Positions 7,848 to 17,806 of a stretch of DNA of 42,813 nt are shown here, in pieces. Within the stretch, counting starts at the first letter, position 1, and each line of letters begins with the position of its first letter. The notes beneath the pieces were generated by a model that was given only the letters and a program-made list of their open reading frames with translations, was not told the DNA's origin and ran no database searches. Source of the DNA: a virus (lineage: Duplodnaviria > Caudoviricetes); the IMG/VR virus record IMGVR_UViG_3300037307_000101, positions 1-42,813 of that record, one strand, 5' to 3'. The position numbers and the translations under genes were made by a program.

Positions 7848-10607
7848 ATGCAGCGGCCTCTGCGGGGGGCGCGCTATCTCCGCCCGGATTCCCGGGTGGC
7901 AGACTTGGCCCAGGCGGTGACGGAATACCTCCCGTCCCTTGACATGGACGAGACGCTGGCGTTCTACGACGTTTTCGAAGCCCTCGATCCGACGCCTTTC
8001 GACCGCGCCGTGGTTGCGCTCAACGACCTGTTCTATCTGCTCGTCGCCATGTGCGGCCGCCGCGACGCCATCCACCCATGGATCTTCCAGCGCGTACGCG
8101 ACGTCGAGGCCGAGCCCGACAACTGCCTCGATCTCTGGGCGCGCGGCCACTACAAAAACTTAGACGTGCATACGCCAATCCTTACAACAGAAGGATGGAA
8201 GTCACACGGCGAGTTGAAGCCCGGTGATCGCGTGTTTTGCCCCGACGGTTCGACAAGCCCGGTTGTGGCAACGCGGCACTTCACCGATGGCATTTGCTAC
8301 CGCGTTACGTTCTGCAACGGCATTTCGATTGTGGCAGGCGCCGGCCATTTGTGGCCCGTCTCCGTCACGTCGCGCAAGCGGGTGCCGGGCACGTTCAAGG
8401 CAGGCAAAGCGCACGGCAAACGGCAGACTCGTGAGCCTCAGATACTCACCACCGAGCAGATGCTTGAGCGACTGCAGCGCGACACCTATCGGCCAGCCAT
8501 CACGGTGACGGAACCGCTGGCAGGCGTAAAGCGCAATTTGCCGGTTGACCCGTACACGCTGGGGGCCTGGTTGGGAGATGGGTATTCCCGCTACGGCGCG
8601 ATCTGTGGAATTGACCATGAGGTTTTCCGCGAGATTGAACGCCGAAGCGGCGTACTCCATTTTCGCAAGATTGAATTGGATCGGCATCCCGATTACCGTG
8701 TGGCGCGCGTTGAATGCCTGACCGCGGGACTTCGTTCCCTTGGCCTTATCAACAACAAGCGCATTCCAGAGGCATACCTGACTGCCGACGAGGAAAGCCG
8801 CCGCGCGCTGCTTTGGGGATTGATCGACACTGACGGCAGTGTTGGCAAGGCAAACGCCTGTGTCACCTTTGCCAATACCAACCGCCGCCTTGCGGAAGAC
8901 GTGCAGACGCTCGCCAATTCGCTTGGCTATAAGGCGCGATTGACGCCTGCGCGGACGTCAAATAGCTGGCAGGTGACTTTCGTCGCCACGGCACGCGATC
9001 CGCATCCGCCCTGCTTCCTGCCTCGCAAGCAAGCGATGCTCAAACACGTTGCCCGGCATCTAAAGTCGCAAAGCTGGTATGTGACCAAGATCGAGAGAGT
9101 GGAGACAGTCGCCACCAACTGCATCCAGATCGAGGCGGAGCACGGCCTTTATCTGGCCGGCAAGGAACTTATCCCAACGCACAATTCGACGATCATCACG
9201 TTTGCCAAGATCATTCAGGACGTGCTCGCCGATCCCGAGCTCACCGTCGGGATCTTCTCGTATTCGCGCCAGACGGCGCAGAAGTTCCTTTCGCAGATCA
9301 TGCAGGAGCTGCAGCGCAACGAAGCGCTCAAAGCCTGCTTCCCGGACGTCCTCTATTGGAACCCGGAGCGGGAATCGCCCCGCTGGTCCCTCGACAAGGG
9401 CATCCTCCTCAAGCGCAAGTCTAACCCGAAGGAGGCCACGGTAGAGGCGTGGGGGCTGGTCGAGGGCCAGCCGACCGGCGTGCATTTCAAGCTGCTGAAC
9501 TTCGACGACATGATTGAGCAGCGCAACGTCACCAACCCGGAGCAGATCCTCCGGGCCACGGAGGCATGGGAGCTCTCCGACAACCTGGGCGTCGGCGATG
9601 GCACCATCAAGCGATACGTCGGCACCCGCTACGCGCTGGGCGATACCTATCAGACCATGATCGACCGCAAGGTCGTGAAGGTCAGGCTTCACCCCGCCAC
9701 CCACAACGGGCGCGAGGACGGAAAACCGGTGTTCCTCTCGCAGGACACCTGGGACAAGAAACGCATCGAACAGCGCTCGACGCTCGCCGCGCAGATGCTG
9801 CAGAACCCCGCCGCCGGCAAGCAGGCCATATTCGAGATGGCATGGTTCAGGTTCTACGAGGTGCGGCCGCACACGCTGAACGTCTACATCATGGCCGACC
9901 CGTCTCGAGGCCGCACGACGCGCTCCGATCGCACGGCAATGGCCGTGATCGGCATCGACAGCCAGGGCAACAAGTATCTCCTCGACGGAGCCCGGCACCG
10001 CATGAAGCTCTCGGAACGCTGGGCGATGCTCCGCCACTTCCGCGACAAGTGGAGCGCCGCACCCGGCGTGCAGATGGTGCGCGTGGGCTACGAGCGGTAC
10101 GGCCAGCAGTCCGACGACGAGTACTTTCAGGAGCAAATGCTCAAGCTCGAGGACGCCGATCAGTTCGCCATCGAAGAATTGGCATGGCCCAACGAGGGCT
10201 CGAATTCGAAGAAGGACCGCGTGCAGCGCCTGCAGCCTGATTTCGAGAAGTCGAAGTTCTTCCTGCCGCCGATCATCCGTCACCCGGATCTTGGCGATTG
10301 CTACTGGCGGTACAATCAGGCCGACGTGAAGATCGACTACCTCCCCACGCAAGGGCTCACCAGGGCCATGCGGCTGATGGAAGCGCAGGGCCAGTCCTTC
10401 CGCGTCCCCAAGCCCCTGACGCGCAGGGACGAGGAAGGGAACATCTACGATCTGACGTGGGCGTTGATGGAGGAAATGACCGTCTTTCCGTTCGGCGCCA
10501 AAGACGACCTCGTCGACGCCACGTCCCGCATCTACGACATGCAGCCCATGCCAGCCATCGCCATGGATCGCATATCGCCGGAAGTCCAGGTTTTCACCGA
10601 CTCTTGA
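7848..10607 (+). CDS. terL: Terminase large subunit (intein-containing precursor)
   Basis: Walker A LWARGHYK/ST is split by the intein. Also GVHFKLLNFDD (Walker B), YVGTRY (coupling motif), nuclease YIMADPS...DRTA and FPFGAKDDLVDA. Confidence 0.93.
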   Translation: MQRPLRGARYLRPDSRVADLAQAVTEYLPSLDMDETLAFYDVFEALDPTPFDRAVVALNDLFYLLVAMCGRRDAIHPWIFQRVRDVEAEPDNCLDLWARGHYKNLDVHTPILTTEGWKSHGELKPGDRVFCPDGSTSPVVATRHFTDGICYRVTFCNGISIVAGAGHLWPVSVTSRKRVPGTFKAGKAHGKRQTREPQILTTEQMLERLQRDTYRPAITVTEPLAGVKRNLPVDPYTLGAWLGDGYSRYGAICGIDHEVFREIERRSGVLHFRKIELDRHPDYRVARVECLTAGLRSLGLINNKRIPEAYLTADEESRRALLWGLIDTDGSVGKANACVTFANTNRRLAEDVQTLANSLGYKARLTPARTSNSWQVTFVATARDPHPPCFLPRKQAMLKHVARHLKSQSWYVTKIERVETVATNCIQIEAEHGLYLAGKELIPTHNSTIITFAKIIQDVLADPELTVGIFSYSRQTAQKFLSQIMQELQRNEALKACFPDVLYWNPERESPRWSLDKGILLKRKSNPKEATVEAWGLVEGQPTGVHFKLLNFDDMIEQRNVTNPEQILRATEAWELSDNLGVGDGTIKRYVGTRYALGDTYQTMIDRKVVKVRLHPATHNGREDGKPVFLSQDTWDKKRIEQRSTLAAQMLQNPAAGKQAIFEMAWFRFYEVRPHTLNVYIMADPSRGRTTRSDRTAMAVIGIDSQGNKYLLDGARHRMKLSERWAMLRHFRDKWSAAPGVQMVRVGYERYGQQSDDEYFQEQMLKLEDADQFAIEELAWPNEGSNSKKDRVQRLQPDFEKSKFFLPPIIRHPDLGDCYWRYNQADVKIDYLPTQGLTRAMRLMEAQGQSFRVPKPLTRRDEEGNIYDLTWALMEEMTVFPFGAKDDLVDATSRIYDMQPMPAIAMDRISPEVQVFTDS
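8157..9185 (+). mobile_element. Class 3 intein with LAGLIDADG homing endonuclease (343 aa)
   Basis: Block A NLDVHTPILTTEGW, block B GHLW, LAGLIDADG blocks PYTLGAWLGDG and LLWGLIDTDG, block F TNCIQI, block G IPTHN followed by Ser+1. Codon usage is less GC3-biased than in the flanks. Confidence 0.9.
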
Positions 10608-10618
10608 GGAGGGCCGTC

Positions 10619-10801
10619 ATGGCTACTTCACCCCGCGCCATTCCCGTCAAGGTCCGAACCCGCACTTTGCGCCAGATGTGCATCGAGGCCGACCCCGAGT
10701 TCTACGCCGAAAGCCGCCGCCCGGTGGCCTACGAGTTTTCCAATAACCGCCGCGTGTTCCGCGAAGTGACCGCGCAATCCGGCCCCTATGCAGACGATTG
10801 A
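10619..10801 (+). CDS. Small hypothetical protein (60 aa)
   Basis: GAGGAGG RBS; fills the gap after terL. Confidence 0.7.
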   Translation: MATSPRAIPVKVRTRTLRQMCIEADPEFYAESRRPVAYEFSNNRRVFREVTAQSGPYADD

Positions 10802-10804
10802 GGC

Positions 10805-11206
10805 ATGAACAGCATGAAGCCTTTCTCTTTTCAGGGTGGTGTCGTTCACGACCCGGAGCATAGCTCCATCAACGAAGGCGGGCGCTACGACGCCATGAAC
10901 GAATGGGTGTGCAAGGAAATCGGCCAGAAGCTGATGTTCGTCTATCCCGGCCACCCGTGGAGCGTCATCGCCCAGGTGGAGAGCGGCATTGCCAAAATCT
11001 TCCTCGAGGGCTTCTCGCAATGGGTGGTCGTCATCAAGATATCGACGCTCAAAAGCGACCCCGGCCTGAAATCCGTCGTGAAGTATGCCGGTGAGCTCCT
11101 TGAGCGCCTGAAACTGCCGCGCGCGGGCTTCGACATGGGCGCCTTCCGCGAAGCCCTGCACCGGCACCCGCACCACTTCAACCGCAACGCTCGAGCTCCG
11201 GAGTAG
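10805..11206 (+). CDS. Hypothetical protein
   Basis: Operon position and globular-looking sequence. Confidence 0.7.
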   Translation: MNSMKPFSFQGGVVHDPEHSSINEGGRYDAMNEWVCKEIGQKLMFVYPGHPWSVIAQVESGIAKIFLEGFSQWVVVIKISTLKSDPGLKSVVKYAGELLERLKLPRAGFDMGAFREALHRHPHHFNRNARAPE

Positions 11207-11212
11207 CAGCCG

Positions 11213-13858
11213 ATGGCCATCCGCCTCGATGAAATGGAGACGGCTAACAACCGCGAGGCCGAAGGCTCCACGTTCACGCGCCGCACGGTCGATATGTCCG
11301 AAGCCTTCATGGAGGACGAATACGACCCCAGCAACGGCGGCACGGAGCCCGCTCAGCCAAGCCCCGAGGAACTGGAAGGTGGTTTTCCGCTCAAGGAAGA
11401 CCAGCTCATGCGCCTCGTGCGCTCCGCTTACAGCCAGGGCTCCGACTATCAGCAGCAGATCCTGCAGCCGCGCTGGATCGCGGCGCTGAATGCCTTCAAC
11501 AACAAGCACTCCTCCGACTCCAAGTATTCGAGCTCCCGGTTTCGTGGCCGCTCCCGCCTTTTCCGCCCCAAGACCCGCGCCACCGCCCGCAAGAAGCAGG
11601 CAGAGGCCGCCGCCGCCCTGTTCTCGACCGCCGACGCGCTGATCGTAAGAGCCGCCGACGAGTCCGACGACAAGCAGCGTGCCGGCGCCGAGCTGATTGC
11701 TTCGCTCCTGCGCTTCCGCCTTGATCGTTCCAACGAAAACTCGGGGATTCCATGGTTTCAGATCTCGATGGGCGCTCACCTGTCCGCGCAACAGTCCGCC
11801 GTGTGTATTTCCAAGCAGTATTGGGAGTACCGCCGCGAGTTTCTGGGGTTCGAGGAGCAGCCCATCGAGGAGCAAATCCCGCCGCCGCTCGTGCCGCTCG
11901 TCGGCGCTTCCACCCTTGTCGTTGGCACGCGTCGAGTCCCGAAGTATCGCACCGTCCGCGATCGTCCGCGCATCGAGCTCATGCCGCCGGAAGACGTCAT
12001 CCGCGATCCCGCCGCCGCCTGGGAAGATCAGACGCAGGATTCGGCCTATCTGATCCTGCGCTTTCCGATGACCGTCGAGGCCGCCCGCACATTCCTCCGG
12101 CAGGCCAGCGAAAAAAGCCGGGTGCAATTCGTCGACGTAAGCGATGCAGCGCTGGCCGCCGCGGCTGGCGGCGCTTCCGATCCCAATAACGCCGCCTCCG
12201 TGCGCCGGGCCCGCGAGACGAGCGGCGCAGACCGCTTCTCCGACTTCGCCGTCGACAACGCCTACAAGCAAGTCTGGCTGCACGAGAACTTCTTCCGCAT
12301 CGAGGGGCGTGACTACTGCTTCTGGACGCTGAACCAGGACCGGCTGATTTCGGAGGTGATCCCGGTCGAGGAAGCCTATCCGGAGCAGGGTGGCGCCCGC
12401 CCTATCGTGATCGGCGTCGGCGCCCTCGAGCCGTTCAAGATCGACCCCATGTCGCCCGTCGAAAGCTGGCAGGAACTGCAGCGGGAGATAAACGACCTCG
12501 TCAACCTCCGCCTCGACACGCTCAAGCAGACCATCGCACCGCTGGCCAAGGTCAGGCGCGGCAGATCCGTCGACATACGGGCAATCCAGAACCGCACGCC
12601 CGACACCGTCGTCTACATGCAGGACATGGGCGACGTCGAATTTGATCGGCCCGGCCAGGTGGCGGGTGAGTCCTACATCGAAATGGAGAAGCTGAACGCC
12701 GACTTCGACGACCAGGCAGGCAATTTCTCGACCGGCAGTGTCCAGACCAACCGCCAGCTTGGCGAGACCGTCGGCGGCATGCAGATGATGATGTCGAACG
12801 CCAACGCCCTTGGCGAGTTCGACCTCCGCGTCTGGGTGGAAACATGGGTGGAGCCGGTGCTCCGCCAGATCGTGAAGCTCGAGCAGTATTACGAGTCCGA
12901 CGAGAACGTGGTCGCCATATCGGCCAAGCGCGCCAAGCTGATGCCGCGCTTCGGGATTTCGCAGATCACCGATGATATTCTGACGTCCCAGGTGGCGATC
13001 TCCGTCGACGTCGGCATTGGCTCGTCCGATCCGCTGATTTCGCTGCAGAAGTTCGAGAAGGCGTCACAGGTGGCGCTTGGACTTCTGGGACCGGCCGCCC
13101 AAGCGCGGCTCAAGCAGGACGCCATCATCAACGAGGTGTACGGCAAGGCTGGCTACAAGGACGCCGCCGATCGGTTCTTCAACCCGGCAGAGGAAGGCGA
13201 CCAGCGCATCCAGCAGATGCAGGCAGCGATGCAGGAAATGCAGCAGGCGCTGCAGGAGGCCGAAAAAGCGCTGCAGGACAAGTCGGAAGAAATCAAGAGC
13301 CGCGAGCGCATAGCAGACGGCAATAATGCAACCCAGCGCGAAGTAGCCAAAATGGCGACGCTCAAGGATCTGGCCGGGAAGGAGCTTAACAACCGCGCCA
13401 AGACTGAGCAGATGAGAGAGCAGTTGCAGGCCTCCAGTCAGTCCGAACGCGAAAACTACGAGCGCGAGCAAGCCAAGGCTGCGCAAGAAGAAGAAGCGCG
13501 CATGCGCGAGCGGGAAGAAAACGAGAGCAAGGCGCGCGATGACGGGCAGGAAATCCTGCAAGGCCTTACTGAACTCGCCACACAGCTCGCCAATGCGATC
13601 CAGCAAGGCAATCATGTGCTCGCCCAAGGCATCCAAGAAGGAAACCAGGCCATAGCGGACGGCATGCAGCAGGGAAATGCAGCCGTGATTGAGGCGATCA
13701 ACCAGAATGGCCAGATGCAAAGCGACTCTATCGCTCAGTCCAACTCCCAAATTGTGGCTGCTCTCGGAAGGCCGAAGCGTGTGAAGCGAGGACCTGACGG
13801 CTTCCTGTCAGAGATCGAAAGCTATGATCCATCCACCGATGAACAACCGATGAGTTGA
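11213..13858 (+). CDS. Portal protein (podovirus-like) with long coiled-coil C-terminus
   Basis: 881 aa following terL. RSRLFRPKT, QELQREINDLVNLRLD and ETVGGMQ...VETWVEP fit portals of this type; Q/E-rich coiled-coil tail. Confidence 0.85.
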   Translation: MAIRLDEMETANNREAEGSTFTRRTVDMSEAFMEDEYDPSNGGTEPAQPSPEELEGGFPLKEDQLMRLVRSAYSQGSDYQQQILQPRWIAALNAFNNKHSSDSKYSSSRFRGRSRLFRPKTRATARKKQAEAAAALFSTADALIVRAADESDDKQRAGAELIASLLRFRLDRSNENSGIPWFQISMGAHLSAQQSAVCISKQYWEYRREFLGFEEQPIEEQIPPPLVPLVGASTLVVGTRRVPKYRTVRDRPRIELMPPEDVIRDPAAAWEDQTQDSAYLILRFPMTVEAARTFLRQASEKSRVQFVDVSDAALAAAAGGASDPNNAASVRRARETSGADRFSDFAVDNAYKQVWLHENFFRIEGRDYCFWTLNQDRLISEVIPVEEAYPEQGGARPIVIGVGALEPFKIDPMSPVESWQELQREINDLVNLRLDTLKQTIAPLAKVRRGRSVDIRAIQNRTPDTVVYMQDMGDVEFDRPGQVAGESYIEMEKLNADFDDQAGNFSTGSVQTNRQLGETVGGMQMMMSNANALGEFDLRVWVETWVEPVLRQIVKLEQYYESDENVVAISAKRAKLMPRFGISQITDDILTSQVAISVDVGIGSSDPLISLQKFEKASQVALGLLGPAAQARLKQDAIINEVYGKAGYKDAADRFFNPAEEGDQRIQQMQAAMQEMQQALQEAEKALQDKSEEIKSRERIADGNNATQREVAKMATLKDLAGKELNNRAKTEQMREQLQASSQSERENYEREQAKAAQEEEARMREREENESKARDDGQEILQGLTELATQLANAIQQGNHVLAQGIQEGNQAIADGMQQGNAAVIEAINQNGQMQSDSIAQSNSQIVAALGRPKRVKRGPDGFLSEIESYDPSTDEQPMS

Positions 13859-13925
13859 GGCCCCAAGAAAGATCACCGTGTTAGACGGATGGGCTTACGC
13901 AGCAAAACGGAAGGATACGAATCCA

Positions 13926-14360
13926 ATGCCTAAATCTACCGCCACTTGCAACTCCATCCTCGCTCTGATCTTCAATGCGACGGCATGGGCCGACATTGCC
14001 GAAAACGACAGCTCTTCGCCGCTGGCCAACCTGTATCTATCCCTTCATACGGCAGACCCCGGCGTCGGCAACAACCAGACGACCAACGAAACGGCATACA
14101 CCAACTATGCCCGCATCGCGGTTGCTCGCACAACGGGCGGCTGGGACGCGCCATCAGGCGGTGCTACGGCCAATGCTGCCCTCGCGCAATTCGCACAGTG
14201 CGGTGTGACAGGTGCCACGATTACCCACGTTGCCATCGGCACGGCGGCGAGCGGCGCGGGAACGGTGCTTTATGCCGGTGCCCTGTCCTCATCCCTTGCG
14301 GTCGCAAACGGCATTCAGCCGCAGTTTGCGGCTGGCGCTTTGGACGTGACCGAGACATGA
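13926..14360 (+). CDS. Virion structural / fibre-associated protein
   Basis: LYLSLHTADPG...E..Y..YAR.AV and TITHVAIG motifs are common in phage minor structural proteins; AAGGA RBS. Confidence 0.65.
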   Translation: MPKSTATCNSILALIFNATAWADIAENDSSSPLANLYLSLHTADPGVGNNQTTNETAYTNYARIAVARTTGGWDAPSGGATANAALAQFAQCGVTGATITHVAIGTAASGAGTVLYAGALSSSLAVANGIQPQFAAGALDVTET

Positions 14361-14506
14361 CACGCTACACATGCAAAGAATGCGGCAAGACGGTCAATCG
14401 GACCGATGATGGTGCGATGATCCGTGAATGCAACTGCAATGCGCCGATCATTGCACATCTCAAGGCGACGGCGACCGGCAAAGCCTCAATGGCAAAGGGT
14501 AAGTAA
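14357..14506 (+). CDS. Small Cys-rich protein (49 aa)
   Basis: YTCKECG...CNC; overlaps both neighbours (ATGA, TAATG). Confidence 0.6.
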   Translation: MTRYTCKECGKTVNRTDDGAMIRECNCNAPIIAHLKATATGKASMAKGK

Positions 14507-15375
14507 TGGGCTTCAACAGCATCCAAGGACTGGTGGACGCCGAGATCGCTGGCAAGACGAAATATGTCAGCTATCGCAAGGTGCCCGCAGTCGTGACTGG
14601 CGCTGGTACTTGGTACGACTATTCAATGGCGCCCGGTAATCCCGCCCCGCAATACTACGCCGCCGCGCCTCTTGTGGCCCAGGTACTGACCAGATCGTCA
14701 GACGGCGGCATTCAGCACGGCGGCAATGTCAGTCCGTCCAAGAAGTACCTGCGGCGCGTCACAGCAATGGCCGTTGCGGCAGCTGGCGTTCCGCAGCGCA
14801 TATACTGGTTGGACTACCTCATGTTCTACCCGTTCGTGGATATGGGTACATCTGATTCACAAACGCTCGACAACACGCAGGTACTCACGCGCTCGACGGA
14901 CGGTGCGGGCGTACAGATCATGGCCGTGCTTGTCGCGCCTCACGGTCTCGTCGGAGATACGTTCTTCTGCACCTACACTAATTCAAACGGGACAGCGGGC
15001 CGCGTCACGCCCCTCCACACCATGTCAACAGCGATTGCGGTCAACGGTACAATCCTGACCACGCAGCAGACAGGCGCCGGGCGGTTTGGCCCATTCATGA
15101 CGCTGCAATCCGGTGACACCGGCGTAAGAAGCATTGAGTCCGTGCAATGCACAGCGGGAACGGACGTAGGACTGTTTACGCTGGTGCTTGTGAAGCCCTT
15201 GGCTGAATTGACGGTACGCGGCATCGACGCTCCAACAGAGAAAGATTTTTTCCTGCATGGCGGGGGAGTGATGCCGCAAGTCGAGGACAACGCTTTTGTG
15301 GAGTTCATTTCATGCCCGAACGGTTCACTGACCGGCATTCCGCTTTTCGGTGATGCAACATTCGTATGGGAATAG
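14506..15375 (+). CDS. Beta-rich virion protein, paralog A
   Basis: G/T/A-rich; shares motifs with the next gene. Confidence 0.6.
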   Translation: MGFNSIQGLVDAEIAGKTKYVSYRKVPAVVTGAGTWYDYSMAPGNPAPQYYAAAPLVAQVLTRSSDGGIQHGGNVSPSKKYLRRVTAMAVAAAGVPQRIYWLDYLMFYPFVDMGTSDSQTLDNTQVLTRSTDGAGVQIMAVLVAPHGLVGDTFFCTYTNSNGTAGRVTPLHTMSTAIAVNGTILTTQQTGAGRFGPFMTLQSGDTGVRSIESVQCTAGTDVGLFTLVLVKPLAELTVRGIDAPTEKDFFLHGGGVMPQVEDNAFVEFISCPNGSLTGIPLFGDATFVWE

Positions 15376-15378
15376 ACA

Positions 15379-16518
15379 ATGGCTGGATTCACATCGCTTG
15401 ATGACTTGATTTCCGAGACAAGCGCGAACGGCAAATTCCGCCGCGCGGACTGGAACAAGCTCACTCATGCAGTCGGTGCGCAGGCCGCCGGCACGTGGTA
15501 TGCGCTGCCTCACTCGACGGGCAACCCCGCCGCCATGACCCTTGGCGCAGTCGGCACCAACCTTGCTTTCCACGCAGCCCATGATCGGCTTGCGGGCTCG
15601 ATCTATCACGGTGGCGACGTAAGCCCGGACTACAAGCACATTCTCAATGCCTCGGCCTTCTCCGCCTCAGCCACGACAATGCCGTCGGTGTTCATGCTGG
15701 TTGACATGCTGGGCTGGTATCCGATCACGACGACGACCACGACCGGCAACCAGGCGCTGGTAAACTCCGCGACGTTCACGGCTTCATCGTCCTCAGGACT
15801 GCTGATGACCTATGCAGGCTGGGACGTGCAGTCCTACACGCCGGTACGCTTTACCACCACCACGACCCTGCCCACCGGTCTATCACTCAATACCACTTAC
15901 TACACAATCCGCGTGTCGGCCACGACCTCGCGCGTTGCGACCTCGATGTCAAACGTGGATAGCGCCACGGCCATTGCCTATACCGATGCCGGTACAGGCA
16001 CCCACACCATGACGATCTACCTTGGCGACCGCGCCCCGTCGCATGGAGCAGGTGTTCAGGCATATCTCACGCCCTCAGTTGCCCTCGGTACAGGCACGCC
16101 GAACGTCCAGATCACCTACACCGACGCGGGCGGCACGGCAGGCAACACCACGCCGACCACATTGCCAATCTCGAACGCCTCGGCCCCGATTGGACAGATC
16201 GAATACTCAGGTACGGGCGCGGGCAAATTCGGCCCGTTTATCCCGCTTGCAGCAGGCGATAGCGGCATTCAGTCTGTTCAGCAGTTTAGCTATTCTGCAA
16301 CCCACACATCAGGAACCACGAATCTTGTCTTGTGCAGGCCGCTCTTGACCCTGCCGATGACGACTATCGGTGTCGCAGCCGAGCGCGATCTGGTCAATCA
16401 GCTTCCGTCATTGCCGCGAGTGTTCGACGGCGCCTGTCTGACGTGGCTCATGTATGCTGGCGCCGCAACGCCGGTCACATCGGCATTCTATGGGCATCTT
16501 GATCTAGGATGGGGCTAA
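15379..16518 (+). CDS. Beta-rich virion protein, paralog B with internal insertion
   Basis: FGPFIPLAAGDSGIQSV versus FGPFMTLQSGDTGVRSI in paralog A; extra LPTGLSLNTTYYTIRVS...GTGTHT module. Confidence 0.6.
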   Translation: MAGFTSLDDLISETSANGKFRRADWNKLTHAVGAQAAGTWYALPHSTGNPAAMTLGAVGTNLAFHAAHDRLAGSIYHGGDVSPDYKHILNASAFSASATTMPSVFMLVDMLGWYPITTTTTTGNQALVNSATFTASSSSGLLMTYAGWDVQSYTPVRFTTTTTLPTGLSLNTTYYTIRVSATTSRVATSMSNVDSATAIAYTDAGTGTHTMTIYLGDRAPSHGAGVQAYLTPSVALGTGTPNVQITYTDAGGTAGNTTPTTLPISNASAPIGQIEYSGTGAGKFGPFIPLAAGDSGIQSVQQFSYSATHTSGTTNLVLCRPLLTLPMTTIGVAAERDLVNQLPSLPRVFDGACLTWLMYAGAATPVTSAFYGHLDLGWG

Positions 16519-17300
16519 TGCTTCTCGGCGGCTATTCGGTCCTTTCCAAGCATCCAGGTCGCGATATTGGCGGTGGCGCAACCGGCTTGGGCATGAACAG
16601 AGGCGACTTCAACAAGACTTCGCAGACAAGAGGCGCATTCACCTCCGGCAACTGGCAACCCAAGTCTGGCATTCCTGACGGCTACAGGCCGCATTACTCA
16701 TGGGCGCTGCCGCTCAAGGCAGGCGCTCTTGCTTCTCGAAACCTGATCCTTGGCGAAGGTGACGCCACTATATCAATGGCAGGCGGCCTAAATGGTGAGG
16801 CGACCCTGGAGGGCGAAGGAACGCTCGTCGGCGTCGGTCAGCTTATCATTTCGATGGTGGCGGCGCTCACCGGCTCAGGCGCCATTACGAACGCAGACGC
16901 AGACGCCTTCTTGCAACTTGCGGCATCCCTCGCGGGTGCTGGCGACCTCGACGGTGCCCTCACCGCCATAGGACATGCAGCGGCGGCCCTGAGCGGCGAC
17001 GGTGACGCGACCGGCACGGCAACCGCCTTGGGCACCCTTGCGGCGTCCCTGACCGTTACGGGTGATCTCCTGACCTCGGCCAACGTAGCCGCCGCCATCC
17101 TTGACGCAGTGGACGGCATCGAGAGCGATGTTACCTTGCGCGAGGCAATCCGCCTGATCCTGGCCGCTGCCGCAGGTAAGGTCAGCATATCCGGAAATAC
17201 GGTCACGTTCCGCAATGCCGTGGCCGACGATACTGATCGCATAGTCGCCACCACGACGACCGAAGGCGAACGCACGGCGATTATTTACGACACGGCCTAA
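16518..17300 (+). CDS. Gly/Ala-rich fibre-like virion protein
   Basis: Repeated A.L.G.G motifs; C-terminal TLREAIRLILAAAAGKVS...RIVAT...GER. Confidence 0.6.
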   Translation: MLLGGYSVLSKHPGRDIGGGATGLGMNRGDFNKTSQTRGAFTSGNWQPKSGIPDGYRPHYSWALPLKAGALASRNLILGEGDATISMAGGLNGEATLEGEGTLVGVGQLIISMVAALTGSGAITNADADAFLQLAASLAGAGDLDGALTAIGHAAAALSGDGDATGTATALGTLAASLTVTGDLLTSANVAAAILDAVDGIESDVTLREAIRLILAAAAGKVSISGNTVTFRNAVADDTDRIVATTTTEGERTAIIYDTA

Positions 17301-17304
17301 GCCG

Positions 17305-17799
17305 ATGGCTGACAATTTCGCGGACCGCTACTGGTCAACGCGGTTCTGGACGGTTCGATACTATCAGGGCGGAGAGCAAGACCCAGGAGCGATGTCCGCC
17401 AGCCTGTCTGGTGGAGCCACCATTGTCGCTCTGCTCGAGGGTATTGACCAAACGCCAAGCTTGCCGGCAGGCGGCGGAGACTCGACATACTGGCGCACGC
17501 CGCCCCGGCTTCAAAACCGCGGCAAAAAAGCCAAGAAAAAACGCGCGCCGGTTTCACCACCCTTGCCGGTCGAAGAGACGACTACAAGACCTGCCACACC
17601 ACCAACACCGCCGACACCGCCCACGCCGCCAGTGGTTTGGCAGCCACCGCTAATCAAGACCGCACCAATTGCGATCGACAGGGAATCCCTCGCGGTCCTT
17701 GCCGAACTCGCAACTGCCGTGGCCGCCACAAAAGCCGAACACCAGCGCCGCTTGGCGATCATGGCTGACGATGAACTTGTCCTGCTCCTAGCCGCCTAG
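17305..17799 (+). CDS. Hypothetical protein with Pro/Thr-rich linker
   Basis: Aromatic N-terminal repeats (FADRYWSTRFWTVRYY), PPT repeats and a DDELVLLLAA end. Confidence 0.6.
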   Translation: MADNFADRYWSTRFWTVRYYQGGEQDPGAMSASLSGGATIVALLEGIDQTPSLPAGGGDSTYWRTPPRLQNRGKKAKKKRAPVSPPLPVEETTTRPATPPTPPTPPTPPVVWQPPLIKTAPIAIDRESLAVLAELATAVAATKAEHQRRLAIMADDELVLLLAA

Positions 17800-17806
17800 A
17801 GGCCCA

